From a virus (Duplodnaviria; Caudoviricetes), in IMG/VR virus record IMGVR_UViG_3300009104_000024, positions 1 through 59,728 of that record: a DNA stretch of 59,728 nt, one strand, 5' to 3'. The position numbers and the translations under genes were made by a program. The notes below the pieces were generated by a model. That model was not told the DNA's origin and made no database searches. It worked only from the letters and a program-made list of their open reading frames with translations. Shown one piece after another: positions 41,801 to 48,892 of the stretch (positions are counted from its first letter, which is position 1; the number at the start of each line of letters is the position of its first letter).

Positions 41801-42781
41801 ACCTTAATTTACTATCTATTAGTTAGTGATACAGAAGAATACAAGGAAGCCAAGAGAGAACTAAGAGATGACAATTGGTTGATACCAACTCCATTTGATT
41901 ACACATTAAAAGTTCCTATTCCTTTTGAGATTGGAATGATGTTTAAGGCACTACCTGAGAGGTTCATAGACCTCGTTCTAGGAGAGAAAGTGTTAGGACT
42001 AAAGGAATCAGTAGAGAAAGACCCTATCGAGTCTATAAGGAGGCAATTAGGAACTTCTGCAAACATACCTTTCTTATCAGGTGACATCAGCATACAAGCA
42101 TTAAAGCCTATTTTTGAAGCTACAATTAATAGAAATTCTTTTACAGGTCAAGAAATTGTTCCTTACTATAAGCTGAAGAGAGAGCCAGGTTATCAAGCAT
42201 CTCCACAAACTAATGAACTAGCTAGAGTTATCGGTGAAGCCTTAAATATTTCACCAACTAAAATTGAGCACGTTATCAATGGATATACAGGAACACTCGG
42301 AGGTTATGTGTTGGATATTGTGGATTCACTAACTAGAACTGCAACAGGTTCTCCATACATACCAAATAATATTTTTAGTAACCCAACTAACTTTGCCCAA
42401 TACCCATTAATTAAAAGACTGGTCGTGGATAATAAAAAAATGGGAGGGTTGCAACAACAGTTCTATGAACTTAGAGGTGAGGTAGATAGAGCCGTTACGA
42501 CTATGAATAGTCTTAAACAAGAAAAAAGGTTTGATGAACTCAGAGCTTATAAGTCTGATGTAAAAGGCTTAATGAATGTCAAAGGCAGAGTAAGAGCAAT
42601 GGAAAGATACTTGGACAATTGGAGGAAGAGAAGAGATAGATTGATGCGTAGGACTGATATATCGGTTATGGTTAAAGCAGAAATGATTCAAGACTTAGAA
42701 GCAGAAAGAGATAAGCGTTTAGCGTTTATACCTGAACTAAGGAAGAAAGCTAACGTGCCTATCCTCCAGGGAGGACTGTAA
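32831..42781 (+). CDS. Large polyvalent protein (ejected): two zincin motifs, ART-like and ParB-like modules, LPD38-like C-terminus
   Basis: HEMIH (35360) and HELVH (36497); HEGRHR; VYRAL..SAT..EAEV; repeated PLFSR linkers; domain names inferred by eye. Confidence 0.75.
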   Translation: MQKVNLPDGRTLKIPNDLSAEKRDELANAVKAEYNIDINEGSLGEWLIDKPKSVVRGLSQMIPTGVKGIAGLTLGSDSDIVKGISDYQRYIATESPLASDPKYRDTFGTKLSEGAGSLIGFGGLSYAGRRLAAKGVLSDKAGRFGVPGSLAVPMGMGEQVDRLEQSRALGEESPGFLAEKTAILAGGVIGLSELAPLERLFRGIPKNALKNPTVQQLLNTRLRSAIATGTAEAIQEAGAGVLQNLTAAGLYSDEIPIFDSALEEFTIGGILGASADLLVNSLANRRSISSQQLRDAETKARDNRTSLQSQDKFARAQEQGMVEEYQEPIIKEKPEIDVPAIVDVAPPDLGVIENPDGQFSVVDYNDLENPILSSHATEVDALLEKNNQQTNYERKVLQVQVDNDTYMMGMPDSDSAKTLGRTVLDPNITQINLSTLIGYDSSISEDLKKELNKEKSATYPAQPYRQMLENKRKNLEKTAKYLESKGLDLKSSFSMPEAKKVLKPKDYNLMLESFANHAFTASEKAGEPSIREDKLDVTIKNIKAIAESKNIELDFKDPAVRYAAKQWTGFEDIPKTRNRGAKELFLARIHSLPAFNSKTKFPDFRPRAYTGVDMANFVASAQDIQFTDADLLVAGPESIRNKPENVKQFLNDLIESGRAKKIKNTNKYELTDDFEYTVARRQEGFNETPDEFRARLERDRSLGKNKLSDEAIDSLVASEEVRQEKVLPPKEIEKKLIDFNETIEEGRTNKFAKELRKKLNKVGLRDTGIVVSNDILSTTTLAETETGQIIFDPRKTRETATEGAVEGEYDRDTDIIFLSLNSVNPDGTATDEQILQRLDKILDHEMIHAFRKKDLITEKEYQYLRNEVKRKKVPTEYDASSKNETFYTRSQRINSGMVRQATSEGRAKEEIEEFLVEEAIAEMYRAREFKPVTPKSKGILNRIVEFFKSMGQAMRVSGYRDSSEIFADIERGKVGARERGQIRTLQELDKISMAREQGIVGGLGITPSAVPEEPRGEDKLDTSDPQSIADEWGEGVLITPTVSFNDVKSDTDPITGVTLPLEARQRGGLYNKWELTPEEYEADRKQILDEFYRPTGIGDGIENIKSIEVLKWLSKNGPTEDYRVIANRLLVQQRKLKRIVGIEGYFAIFNDEHGGKQRFIGKGTDYQSFLGVSYAPFLNDGSYNVKDYNPYGDSKLVQQVYLKDTSYTSSPGHNGVSFDTMLHELVHQTTQAATNFYRGSRATEQSKKLVKDLEEVRKELIKEIEKRTDTKGSIVEGQYVNEDAENKLKSEFGQDGAAKIVYAASKIQETLAVGFTNRYAQDFMDSIPYKGTKKTLWDKFTESIRKLLSLPAKTNSLFSEFLRISGKLTNLSNAQLEELNRVGADYDYGPPVASLEMSDPSIESELSDLRRELYDAESLESADRGYVDVEVGNRNMRRVQNIRNKIERLEEQLKREAELKQPVTPEQLPLFSRTQKDEKKIRTIARENRKRLKEEYKNDPDAVDEIIKEFEGEELFSDGSGFIEGITTNRGYMDDIPLSFSSERLSKKVLEDYGYEEIFEGEMSSELRDKDNQQNYYVDLGQNKFRVYFNRYGNKRNQATITNPTLDELMNESWFEKERRSSDIPLFSRGPRDESSGHLADYVPAEYGPPAHQLDIVYGDEKTKDGYYPVSYGFTYPKTSPDYRTREFTVYSTARTPLEQQEEREFINKLMEIRGNPNAEITMYQAAPQRDLREGDLITPFLSEAEALVEDSKVTQQEIREADRARRRQEQIDKKGAVDLQQERLFNQMEGISDILGRPEVTPSTIHTFKLKAGDVRWDGNNGWARWGYFPRIKAVEDLPLFSRAATDTKPPYMDFNRKQIRNFSSNKVGFYDGVEIPLTHVARMRVEDFLKLTTANQEVIDNIITGGPTVALSSEPMGLLPASIRNPDAIFDSEIADTAIIPSLPNLEIRGNGQVISHEGRHRVALIGQGGGRTVPVFINFPEGNVEQNIPNPSGQTLQEQGVTFLRNQEFNNFTVPINRLGEIAPLHRDSAQTKDKLDYAVEIASQPDLLAPSGNIPLFSRQSKTPSIKELPGEVSEYRDNYNITDTELLNAIEATEMSRKSGTRENPGQLDTTIVEIFENNPNLLEASKNFLRKFTNKKGNLIVYRALNIPASMRIKNYGQFPQDIYASATIDHREAKQIASSVEIRSRAKEEAQSEILRFEVPMDRVKAYVPSLIVAGRERLIEMKEQEFIDAGIESEMDEDFNPDEYNDYTREQYIEEYENDLDASIDEAEVLVDLRGIKPTYQYTPGSGITGREPSITRDIPLFSRARRFTGEANTQEKVALQKSTEIIEDFVKKTPRGEIPLYNTNASDVALKAAYDYINDPSAPTINELPNYSRVEKEIPEDLQGVVNRGGYVAPRKPWYERLISDVSDPVTNIRKFFKDTRQNYIDKLDKVEKKIAQGSEEFEEVRLLNNIADTSAIAALRMADKARGIFQGMLTRGFATDVIDGEAALTTTEELEIDTVYNPYIDGDTGTGGLLQITAPLFSDPLVDLEGIFGTYAKLKRVQGFQKQNRQVESPFTQQDLEFINNIEANYQVVVEVYNNYQKWNNKLVDFAQAKGLLNEAQATKWREESTYYPFYRDMVEEEGITAPRIGGGSLPNNPLNLKLKGSEAEINVSPLEAIARNSLSILTASMKNDGATKLIESLAIMGEAEYITPQQLKNKQGAKTIFVFENGFKKHYNIEDPDLFHSIRALGGAEVGFITKLLAMPATLLRDTVTRDPGFIAVNLLRDTLSATVTSGVNLSSPFTGGDGFVPMIDTIKNMFGDMTDLEKFGVIGGYDFANDEGDVVDYMARIRRQQGLTANNGMSAEKAFFYVWDGLGGLTTKSDGATRKGVFDAVYKRMKNTIDERTGEVYTDAAAQSEAAFQSLEVINFGRRGLSPMFRVITSAIPFLNARIQGLDVIYRSFRGTYSAQDKLQEGETLDELKNRIMRRTALRGGTIMASTLIYYLLVSDTEEYKEAKRELRDDNWLIPTPFDYTLKVPIPFEIGMMFKALPERFIDLVLGEKVLGLKESVEKDPIESIRRQLGTSANIPFLSGDISIQALKPIFEATINRNSFTGQEIVPYYKLKREPGYQASPQTNELARVIGEALNISPTKIEHVINGYTGTLGGYVLDIVDSLTRTATGSPYIPNNIFSNPTNFAQYPLIKRLVVDNKKMGGLQQQFYELRGEVDRAVTTMNSLKQEKRFDELRAYKSDVKGLMNVKGRVRAMERYLDNWRKRRDRLMRRTDISVMVKAEMIQDLEAERDKRLAFIPELRKKANVPILQGGL

Positions 42782-43102
42782 CTCTTTTATTAGCTTCTCT
42801 TCCTTCAAAGGTTTTAGTTTAAAGAAGTCTTTGTGTTCAGGGTTATAAGCGATAAATGTGCGAGCATAGAAGCATATGTAGTCATTACTTATCTTGAACT
42901 CACCTCCGTTAGTCTCTATCTCCCTGTTCCACCTTATGCGATTGATTATCGCCCAATGAGAGTAATGCTTTCTACCTGTAGCGATAGCTTCTAAAGTGTA
43001 CTCTTCAAACTTCTCATAGACTTGTGGGTTAGCGTTGTGCCAATCCCAAAAGTCTCTCTTCCTTTTCTGCAAATCATCTTTTAATTGTTCAACTAACATC
43101 AT
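42737..43102 (-). CDS. Conserved phage hypothetical protein
   Basis: GAGGAG RBS; WHNANPQVY...RIRW...FYAR. Confidence 0.75.
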   Translation of the reverse strand: MMLVEQLKDDLQKRKRDFWDWHNANPQVYEKFEEYTLEAIATGRKHYSHWAIINRIRWNREIETNGGEFKISNDYICFYARTFIAYNPEHKDFFKLKPLKEEKLIKELQSSLEDRHVSFLP

Positions 43103-43322
43103 AGTCATACTCCTCATTCAAGAAAATAGGTTGGTCTTTGCTTACAGTAGATAAAATTGCGTTAAAATACATATAATCCAAAGCCTCCTCTCTAGTCATT
43201 CCGTCACGTTCAATTAGTATATCCACGCATTTTTCAAAAGAATAAATAAGACGTTCTTCCTGAACTGCCATATCGTAGGTCTGTCCTATTATTGCTTTAT
43301 CAAATCCTTCTGCTTTTAACAT
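43089..43322 (-). CDS. Conserved phage hypothetical protein
   Basis: AEGFDKAIIG...IYSFEKC...GMTREEA. Confidence 0.7.
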   Translation of the reverse strand: MLKAEGFDKAIIGQTYDMAVQEERLIYSFEKCVDILIERDGMTREEALDYMYFNAILSTVSKDQPIFLNEEYDYDVS

Positions 43323-43729
43323 ATTTCTTTTATCGTTAATCTGCAACGAGGGTTTTCTTTATCCACCCCTCCATACACATAAGTTATAGATTTAATTTGT
43401 TTAGAACTATCATCTTCTAAGATTCCAACTTTCACCAAAGCATCACAAGTAAACTTGTCTATAATAGAACAAGGATTACTCACATCTACTCTTCGATTAC
43501 TCTTGGCATAATAAACGTATTCCAAATCCACAGGATTATCAAAACGAGGTATGTCATCCCATTTCTCTTTGATGAATAAATTCTTAATCATTTCTACCAA
43601 GTCATCTGAATAAGTTTTCTTTGCAATAGATAAAACCCTGTAATGAGCGTTCCTGTAATTGTTAAGATTCAAAATAAACTTCTTCTTTTTAGAATAAAAA
43701 ACCTCTAAAGGCAGTATTAAAGTTACCAT
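43316..43729 (-). CDS. rusA: RusA-like Holliday junction resolvase
   Basis: RRVDVSN...DAL...GILEDDS catalytic pattern. Confidence 0.8.
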   Translation of the reverse strand: MVTLILPLEVFYSKKKKFILNLNNYRNAHYRVLSIAKKTYSDDLVEMIKNLFIKEKWDDIPRFDNPVDLEYVYYAKSNRRVDVSNPCSIIDKFTCDALVKVGILEDDSSKQIKSITYVYGGVDKENPRCRLTIKEIC

Positions 43730-43789
43730 CTCAGCTCCTGCTGGAAAAAAATATTCCTAGTCGCCAGAAAAAACAGCAAGTTTCTTGCA

Positions 43790-44047
43790 CTAAAAAAAAA
43801 TATAGTCATTTAATTTGTCCTTTATATGTTGTGGTAGAAACTCATATAAATGTGGTTTATCTTCTACTAATTTATTAACAGTATTGTAAGAATAGTAAGT
43901 GTGAAATTTGTTTTTAGCGTACTCTCTAATTATTTCTTTTTGTTCATCACTCAATATCCAATTTTTACTCAATAACATTTCTATCTTTTTTTCATAAATA
44001 GAAGACATGTGACAAGCCGTCTTGTGAGACAATCTAACTGTACTCAT
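43790..44047 (-). CDS. Hypothetical protein
   Basis: Coupled ORF. Confidence 0.6.
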   Translation of the reverse strand: MSTVRLSHKTACHMSSIYEKKIEMLLSKNWILSDEQKEIIREYAKNKFHTYYSYNTVNKLVEDKPHLYEFLPQHIKDKLNDYIFF

Positions 44048-44361
44048 TACGATAATTTAAAAAGGATATCATTTAGTTTTTTTGTGTATAGCCATTCCTT
44101 AAACATTTCTATTTCTTCATCTGTAAATTCCTCTAATGGGTTAACAGTTAAGTCATCTACTGTTTTAATTGTTTCTTCTATCCAGTTTTTTAAATTAGTA
44201 TGATTTTTATTGTTTAACCTAGTTCTTTTTTTATTAACAAATTCTCGGATTGCTCGGTCACTTATATTGCCACAATGTTTACTGATTGAAGATGCAGTAA
44301 AACCATGCTCTTTAAGTTTTTTTAAATCTTTACGCATCTGTATAGCTTCAATTTCTTTCAT
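44047..44361 (-). CDS. Putative HTH DNA-binding protein
   Basis: FTASSISKHCGNISDRAIREFV resembles an XRE-type HTH. Confidence 0.55.
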   Translation of the reverse strand: MKEIEAIQMRKDLKKLKEHGFTASSISKHCGNISDRAIREFVNKKRTRLNNKNHTNLKNWIEETIKTVDDLTVNPLEEFTDEEIEMFKEWLYTKKLNDILFKLS

Positions 44362-44558
44362 TTTTTCTTCTTTTCTAATTTGTTTCTAATTTTATTCAGT
44401 TCATAATTTTCTTTATTCTGCATATAAATCAAGGCTCTTGTAACTTGCTCTCGTAGTCTTTGTTGGTCTTCTCTGGTCGGTATTGAACATGTATCACATT
44501 TACATATGGGTATAGCTGTAGTTCCTATTTGCGGAGGATCATATTTAATACACTTCAT
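44358..44558 (-). CDS. Small Cys-containing hypothetical protein
   Basis: ATGA-coupled, CKCDTC. Confidence 0.55.
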   Translation of the reverse strand: MKCIKYDPPQIGTTAIPICKCDTCSIPTREDQQRLREQVTRALIYMQNKENYELNKIRNKLEKKKK

Positions 44559-44860
44559 TTTTTTTCTCCAATTAATTCTTCAACTTGAGATAACAGTTCT
44601 TGTTCTGTTCCGTATCTCCTCTCAAACTCTTTCTTCCAGGGATGCCTACTCACCCACAAGCCATTAAATGTTCCTTCTCTATGATGCCTATAACATAAAG
44701 GCAAAACCTTGAAGTGTGCGTTCTCCTTAGTCTTGCCTTCTATATGGTGTATATCACAAGGCACAAAGTCGTTACCCTGATTCTTACAAACAATGCACCC
44801 TAATTGACTAACCTTGTCCATATGCCTTTTCTCTTTAGCAGTAGGGTTTCTTCCTTTCAT
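44555..44860 (-). CDS. HNH-type nuclease (Ref/DUF968-like)
   Basis: GCIVC...IHH...LPLC..HH...YGTEQELL. Confidence 0.8.
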   Translation of the reverse strand: MKGRNPTAKEKRHMDKVSQLGCIVCKNQGNDFVPCDIHHIEGKTKENAHFKVLPLCYRHHREGTFNGLWVSRHPWKKEFERRYGTEQELLSQVEELIGEKK

Positions 44861-45192
44861 GCACCATATCTAGCTTGTTCTTTCCTAGCTGATACTTGTT
44901 TAGTTCTCCACTCCTCAAAACCTACCTCTAATCCTTTCAGATTCACCTTTAGAGCAGATAAAGTTCCTTTAGCCACACCTACCCTCAATCTAGCTTGATA
45001 TAACTCCTCAGAGGCTTCTGCGTAGGTTTCCTGTGCTGATGTTGTTTTGATGCCCTCACCTAAAGCCTTTAGCTTTAACTGTGCTTGTAGTTTCTTTACT
45101 TCTGCTTCGCACTTGTAAACCTCATACTCAGTCTTTTCCATTGTCGGAGCAAGACTCCTGATTTGGTGCATCCAAGTTTCTTGTTGTTCCAT
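44857..45192 (-). CDS. Coiled-coil hypothetical protein
   Basis: GGGAG RBS, coupled ORF. Confidence 0.7.
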   Translation of the reverse strand: MEQQETWMHQIRSLAPTMEKTEYEVYKCEAEVKKLQAQLKLKALGEGIKTTSAQETYAEASEELYQARLRVGVAKGTLSALKVNLKGLEVGFEEWRTKQVSARKEQARYGA

Positions 45193-45197
45193 AATTT

Positions 45198-45344
45198 CTA
45201 CTCCCTTAATTTCTCACGACTAGGAATATTTTTCTCAGGATACCTTTTCCTCCTGGGATATTTTTTTTTCCTTTGGAAAATTCGGTCAAAGTTTTCTTCA
45301 AACTTATCCCTATCTTTTGTTCTATCTTTACTTCCTTTGCTCAA
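45198..45344 (-). CDS. Small basic protein (48 aa, TTG start, not in ORF track)
   Basis: AGGTG RBS; MSKGSKDRTKDRDKFEENFDRIF...; fills the gap exactly. Confidence 0.6.
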   Translation of the reverse strand: MSKGSKDRTKDRDKFEENFDRIFQRKKKYPRRKRYPEKNIPSREKLRE

Positions 45345-45529
45345 AATATATCACCTAATTTTTCCAACAAAGGTTTATTTCCGTATTGTTCACTAAAGAT
45401 TCTTCTTCCTATAGTTATAGAATGTGGTTCTTCATTGTTTTCTCTTTTCTCTTTTTCGTTCATTCGATACCACCTGTTAAAATTATCTTCGTAAGAAGCC
45501 TTATCGTTATATTCAAATATTTCACTCAT
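45341..45529 (-). CDS. Hypothetical protein
   Basis: GGGGAG RBS, ATGA coupling. Confidence 0.7.
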   Translation of the reverse strand: MSEIFEYNDKASYEDNFNRWYRMNEKEKRENNEEPHSITIGRRIFSEQYGNKPLLEKLGDIF

Positions 45530-45810
45530 TTCTCCCCCCTTATTTCTACAATTTCATCAACTATTCTTTTGAGTTTTCCAAACGTACTGTGCAATTCATT
45601 AGAATAATTATCAGAATTTATTTGAAAACCATTATCTGAAGCGTTAGATTCATGTTCAATACAGTAATCTAACCTGTTCACTATATCTTTTATTTTATCC
45701 TTGATGTCTTTTAGCCTACATTCAGGACACCCATAGCCTTTTAAATGTTCTTCAGGTGTGCATAAAAAATCACCATGTTGAGGACACCCAATCGTTGTGT
45801 CCTCATCCAT
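45526..45810 (-). CDS. Zinc-ribbon protein (start uncertain)
   Basis: CPQHGDF..TP..HL.G.GCPEC motif. Confidence 0.6.
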   Translation of the reverse strand: MDEDTTIGCPQHGDFLCTPEEHLKGYGCPECRLKDIKDKIKDIVNRLDYCIEHESNASDNGFQINSDNYSNELHSTFGKLKRIVDEIVEIRGEK

Positions 45811-45826
45811 AATGATATATTTGTCG

Positions 45827-46150
45827 CTAAAATGGGATATCGTCATCTGATAATTCAGGTGTTTCTTCAACAACAGGAGTTATAGGCTTCTCCCTTTTTT
45901 GTTCAGGTATATCCATTCTTGTATAAAAATATTTATTACCTTTCTTAGAAAGGTTATCCCATAAAGCCACCCTTACTTTAACTCCCCCCTCTTCTTCTAC
46001 CTCTCCATTTTTCATCTTATCTACTATTTCTTTCAATAAAGGTTTAGAGATTTCAATGCTTCCTGTAAAGTCGGGTTGTTTAGTTCCTGATTCTTTATAG
46101 TTATTTGGATATATTGCTCCACTTGATTGTGGTTTATCTTCGTATGCCAT
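45827..46150 (-). CDS. ssb: Single-stranded DNA-binding protein
   Basis: QPDFTG OB-fold-like core; C-terminal DDDIPF tail. Confidence 0.8.
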   Translation of the reverse strand: MAYEDKPQSSGAIYPNNYKESGTKQPDFTGSIEISKPLLKEIVDKMKNGEVEEEGGVKVRVALWDNLSKKGNKYFYTRMDIPEQKREKPITPVVEETPELSDDDIPF

Positions 46151-46151
46151 T

Positions 46152-46853
46152 TTATTTCACCTCCTCAGATGTTTCTTTAGCTTTTAAATTTTCAACTAAC
46201 TGTGTAGCTAGTTTGTCTAGTCTTTCTTTCTGTTCAGGAAACCTTTCTTTCAGAACACTTATTGATTCAGCGTTTGACTTGTATTGTTTCTTAACATCAT
46301 CAGGAGTCTCGGCTAATCCTGAAACAGATTTAATAAAACCTTCAACAAAAACATTCGCCCATGCTTCATCAAAATCTGCTACTTTATCTTCTTCGCCTGG
46401 TTCTTCCTTCTTAGGTTCAGGCTTCTTTCCAACAGGCTTCTCTTCTTTAGCATCAGCATCAGGCAAGTCTTCACCCGCATAAATGTAATGCCCTAAACCC
46501 CACATACCTAAACACTTAGTAAGACACCTCATCTTAGAAGTGTTTACTTGAAATGAATTAGGATTGATTACAGGTTGGTTCTTATGGTTCATTATGGGTA
46601 GCCACATTTCCCTAACAAGATCACCTATTGAAACTCTACACCTAACTTCACACGTTCCGTCAGGCAAGGTAACAAAAGGAACATGGTTATCATCCTCATA
46701 GAAACTATACTTAGCTTCAGGATAATGCTCCATTAATATACCCCATGCCCATGCCCAAGAAAGATAAGTTAGTTTCATCTTCTTCTCTGTATGATCAGAT
46801 ACATCTACCTTAGATAAAGTATCCCATACATCCTTATAAGTTAAATCAGCCAT
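46152..46853 (-). CDS. Single-strand annealing protein (Sak3/DUF1071-like)
   Basis: LTYLSWAWAW, MWLPIM, RCLTKCL..GLG.YIYAGEDLP. Confidence 0.85.
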   Translation of the reverse strand: MADLTYKDVWDTLSKVDVSDHTEKKMKLTYLSWAWAWGILMEHYPEAKYSFYEDDNHVPFVTLPDGTCEVRCRVSIGDLVREMWLPIMNHKNQPVINPNSFQVNTSKMRCLTKCLGMWGLGHYIYAGEDLPDADAKEEKPVGKKPEPKKEEPGEEDKVADFDEAWANVFVEGFIKSVSGLAETPDDVKKQYKSNAESISVLKERFPEQKERLDKLATQLVENLKAKETSEEVK

Positions 46854-47206
46854 TACGCTACCTCCTTAATATATTTATTTATGTTCTTTTTATTAGGCTC
46901 AAAGTTCCCTTGTGCATCAGCTATAATATTTTCTAGCTTCCACCCTCCAAGATGTTTTACTAATACCTCATATTCTTTCTTTGTTAATTGTTGGATGTTG
47001 CATATAGTCACAATCCTACAATCACTCCACCACCAACCATCATCGTCTTGGTCTATATAACCAAATTGCCATGCAAGGAAGCAGACTTCCCAAAAGTTTT
47101 TATTTTCGTTTAGTTCTTCAAAAGTCATTTCAGTTTCAACAGGAACGTGATCGTAGTATTCATGTTCACCATCCCTGTTCTTGTCCATTATTAAAAAGTA
47201 ATTCAT
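46853..47206 (-). CDS. Hypothetical protein
   Basis: Coupled at both ends. Confidence 0.65.
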   Translation of the reverse strand: MNYFLIMDKNRDGEHEYYDHVPVETEMTFEELNENKNFWEVCFLAWQFGYIDQDDDGWWWSDCRIVTICNIQQLTKKEYEVLVKHLGGWKLENIIADAQGNFEPNKKNINKYIKEVA

Positions 47207-47973
47207 TATTCACCCACCTCACTAGGGTCATAGTTTTTAGTTAGTTTCCAATATGTTAATAAAGCATTAAACATATCCTTGTGTTTGGAATGAGTCTCTT
47301 CATCCCATACATGACAAGCTATTAAACTTGTGTCCTCCCTATCAACAAAGATAGAAATTCTTTCTGCCTTATCAAACCCACATCCTTGAACGTAGGCTGA
47401 TAACTGCATACCATGTTCGTCAAAAACCAATCTCTTAGGGTCTTTGCCTCTAAGGTCATCTTTGGTTTTAAAATCTATAAATATTCCACTCTCGGAATAC
47501 AAGTCTATCTTCCCCCCATAACCTTCTTTAGCACAAAAGGAATCCTCTGCTATCCAGGTCTCTAAAGGGTAATGTGTATCTAACCAATCAAGTATAGCTA
47601 AATATGAATCTGATTCTTTTCCTGATGCAAAACCTTCTTCAATCTCGTAGTGTATTTCACTACCTCTCTCTGCTGATTTTTGCCCTACTAATTTTGAATG
47701 CTCTCTGCATCTTCTAACGTATTCATCTATGGTTTCATCAGACTCTATATTCAAAACCATTGCTGATTTAATTCCTTCTTTTATTTTCCATTCTTCCAAT
47801 CCTGGTTTTGCAGACACACCAATAATGCCTGTGACTGAAGGAACAAGTCCTAGCTTTCGTGCATCAGCTAATGTTGTATTTCTTTCCTTACCATTTGCAC
47901 CAACAATGGTATACATAGGCTCACCTTCTTGTGTGTACCAATGCCCTGATTCTGAAGTGTGTTTATCTGTCAT
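47206..47973 (-). CDS. PD-(D/E)xK exonuclease
   Basis: PSVTGI, RGSEIH, GKIDL, IDFKT, MQLSAY motifs. Confidence 0.85.
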   Translation of the reverse strand: MTDKHTSESGHWYTQEGEPMYTIVGANGKERNTTLADARKLGLVPSVTGIIGVSAKPGLEEWKIKEGIKSAMVLNIESDETIDEYVRRCREHSKLVGQKSAERGSEIHYEIEEGFASGKESDSYLAILDWLDTHYPLETWIAEDSFCAKEGYGGKIDLYSESGIFIDFKTKDDLRGKDPKRLVFDEHGMQLSAYVQGCGFDKAERISIFVDREDTSLIACHVWDEETHSKHKDMFNALLTYWKLTKNYDPSEVGE

Positions 47974-48232
47974 CTTCACTCTCCCATTTTTTAATTTGCT
48001 CAAGTAAAGCATTAGCAGACTCGACTCTACCTTCTATGATGTCGTCTGTTCCGTCTGTGCATTTAGGTCGTAAACCACCTTCATACTCATTAATAACTTC
48101 CTGTCCTTCTGCTTCTTGCTCTAGCCATTCAGTTATTTTGTCTAATATATCATTGAGATAGAACACTTGATTCCTCAAGTCATTTATCTCGTTATCCATT
48201 AGTTTCATTTCATGTTTACTCATATTCTCCAC
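47963..48232 (-). CDS. Hypothetical protein
   Basis: Overlapping operon ORF. Confidence 0.65.
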   Translation of the reverse strand: MENMSKHEMKLMDNEINDLRNQVFYLNDILDKITEWLEQEAEGQEVINEYEGGLRPKCTDGTDDIIEGRVESANALLEQIKKWESEDDR

Positions 48233-48462
48233 ACTCCTACACCTTCATCTTGGGTTAGGACACGGAATCTAAAGTCAGGGTTTTTGTGTGTGTATCTAAG
48301 ACAATAGTTTCTGATTATCTTAATCTCTTGACGTATCTTGCTCTTGGGTAGTTCAATCATTATATGGTCTCCCTTCTTCATCTGCTCCAAAGGTAAGTCA
48401 TACTTTCTAGGCTTGCCTCTACCTACAGGTAAGGGAATGCCTTCTTTAATTTCAAACTTCAT
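48220..48462 (-). CDS. Small putative DNA-binding protein
   Basis: AGGAG RBS; GIPLP..GKPRKY...GVGVWRI. Confidence 0.7.
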   Translation of the reverse strand: MKFEIKEGIPLPVGRGKPRKYDLPLEQMKKGDHIMIELPKSKIRQEIKIIRNYCLRYTHKNPDFRFRVLTQDEGVGVWRI

Positions 48463-48504
48463 TTTTTACTCCTGATAGCTCCAACTATTTATGATGTATT
48501 AGTG

Positions 48505-48549
48505 ATGATAACATGAGGTCTTGCTAATGTGCAAGTAATGATTTATAGT
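48505..48549. promoter_or_regulatory. Overlapping divergent sigma70-type promoters
   Basis: Minus: TTGCAC(48534-29)-18-TATCAT(48510-05); plus: TTGCTA(48521-26)-17-TATAGT(48544-49). Confidence 0.65.
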
Positions 48550-48555
48550 TTCTGC

Positions 48556-48831
48556 ATGGAGAGAAACTTAGTGATTTTAGATTCTTTAATAGTCAAACAA
48601 GCTGTTAGAGATGTCGCTAGTAAAGACGTTAATACATCTAAAAAAGCACTCTTCTACTTTACCTCAAAAGACTTTAAAAATCTATGCCAAAGAAATAAAA
48701 TTGACGTAGATAAAATTCTTTTGAGCATAAAGGCATTGAATGAATATCCCTTATTGTCACGAAAAAAATTATCTAATGACATAGCAAAAGTTATAGATGA
48801 ATGTTTTGTGGAAGAGGTATTTAGTAAGTAG
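48556..48831 (+). CDS. Hypothetical protein (possibly leaderless)
   Basis: ATG 48556 lies 7 nt after the predicted -10. Confidence 0.6.
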   Translation: MERNLVILDSLIVKQAVRDVASKDVNTSKKALFYFTSKDFKNLCQRNKIDVDKILLSIKALNEYPLLSRKKLSNDIAKVIDECFVEEVFSK

Positions 48832-48892
48832 AAATACTTACTAAGATTTAATAATAAGTATTTACTAAATATAGTAAGTATAAATAACTATA

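Noticed and set aside
45526-45810. Homing endonuclease
   Set aside because: Only one zinc-ribbon motif and no nuclease domain or intron context
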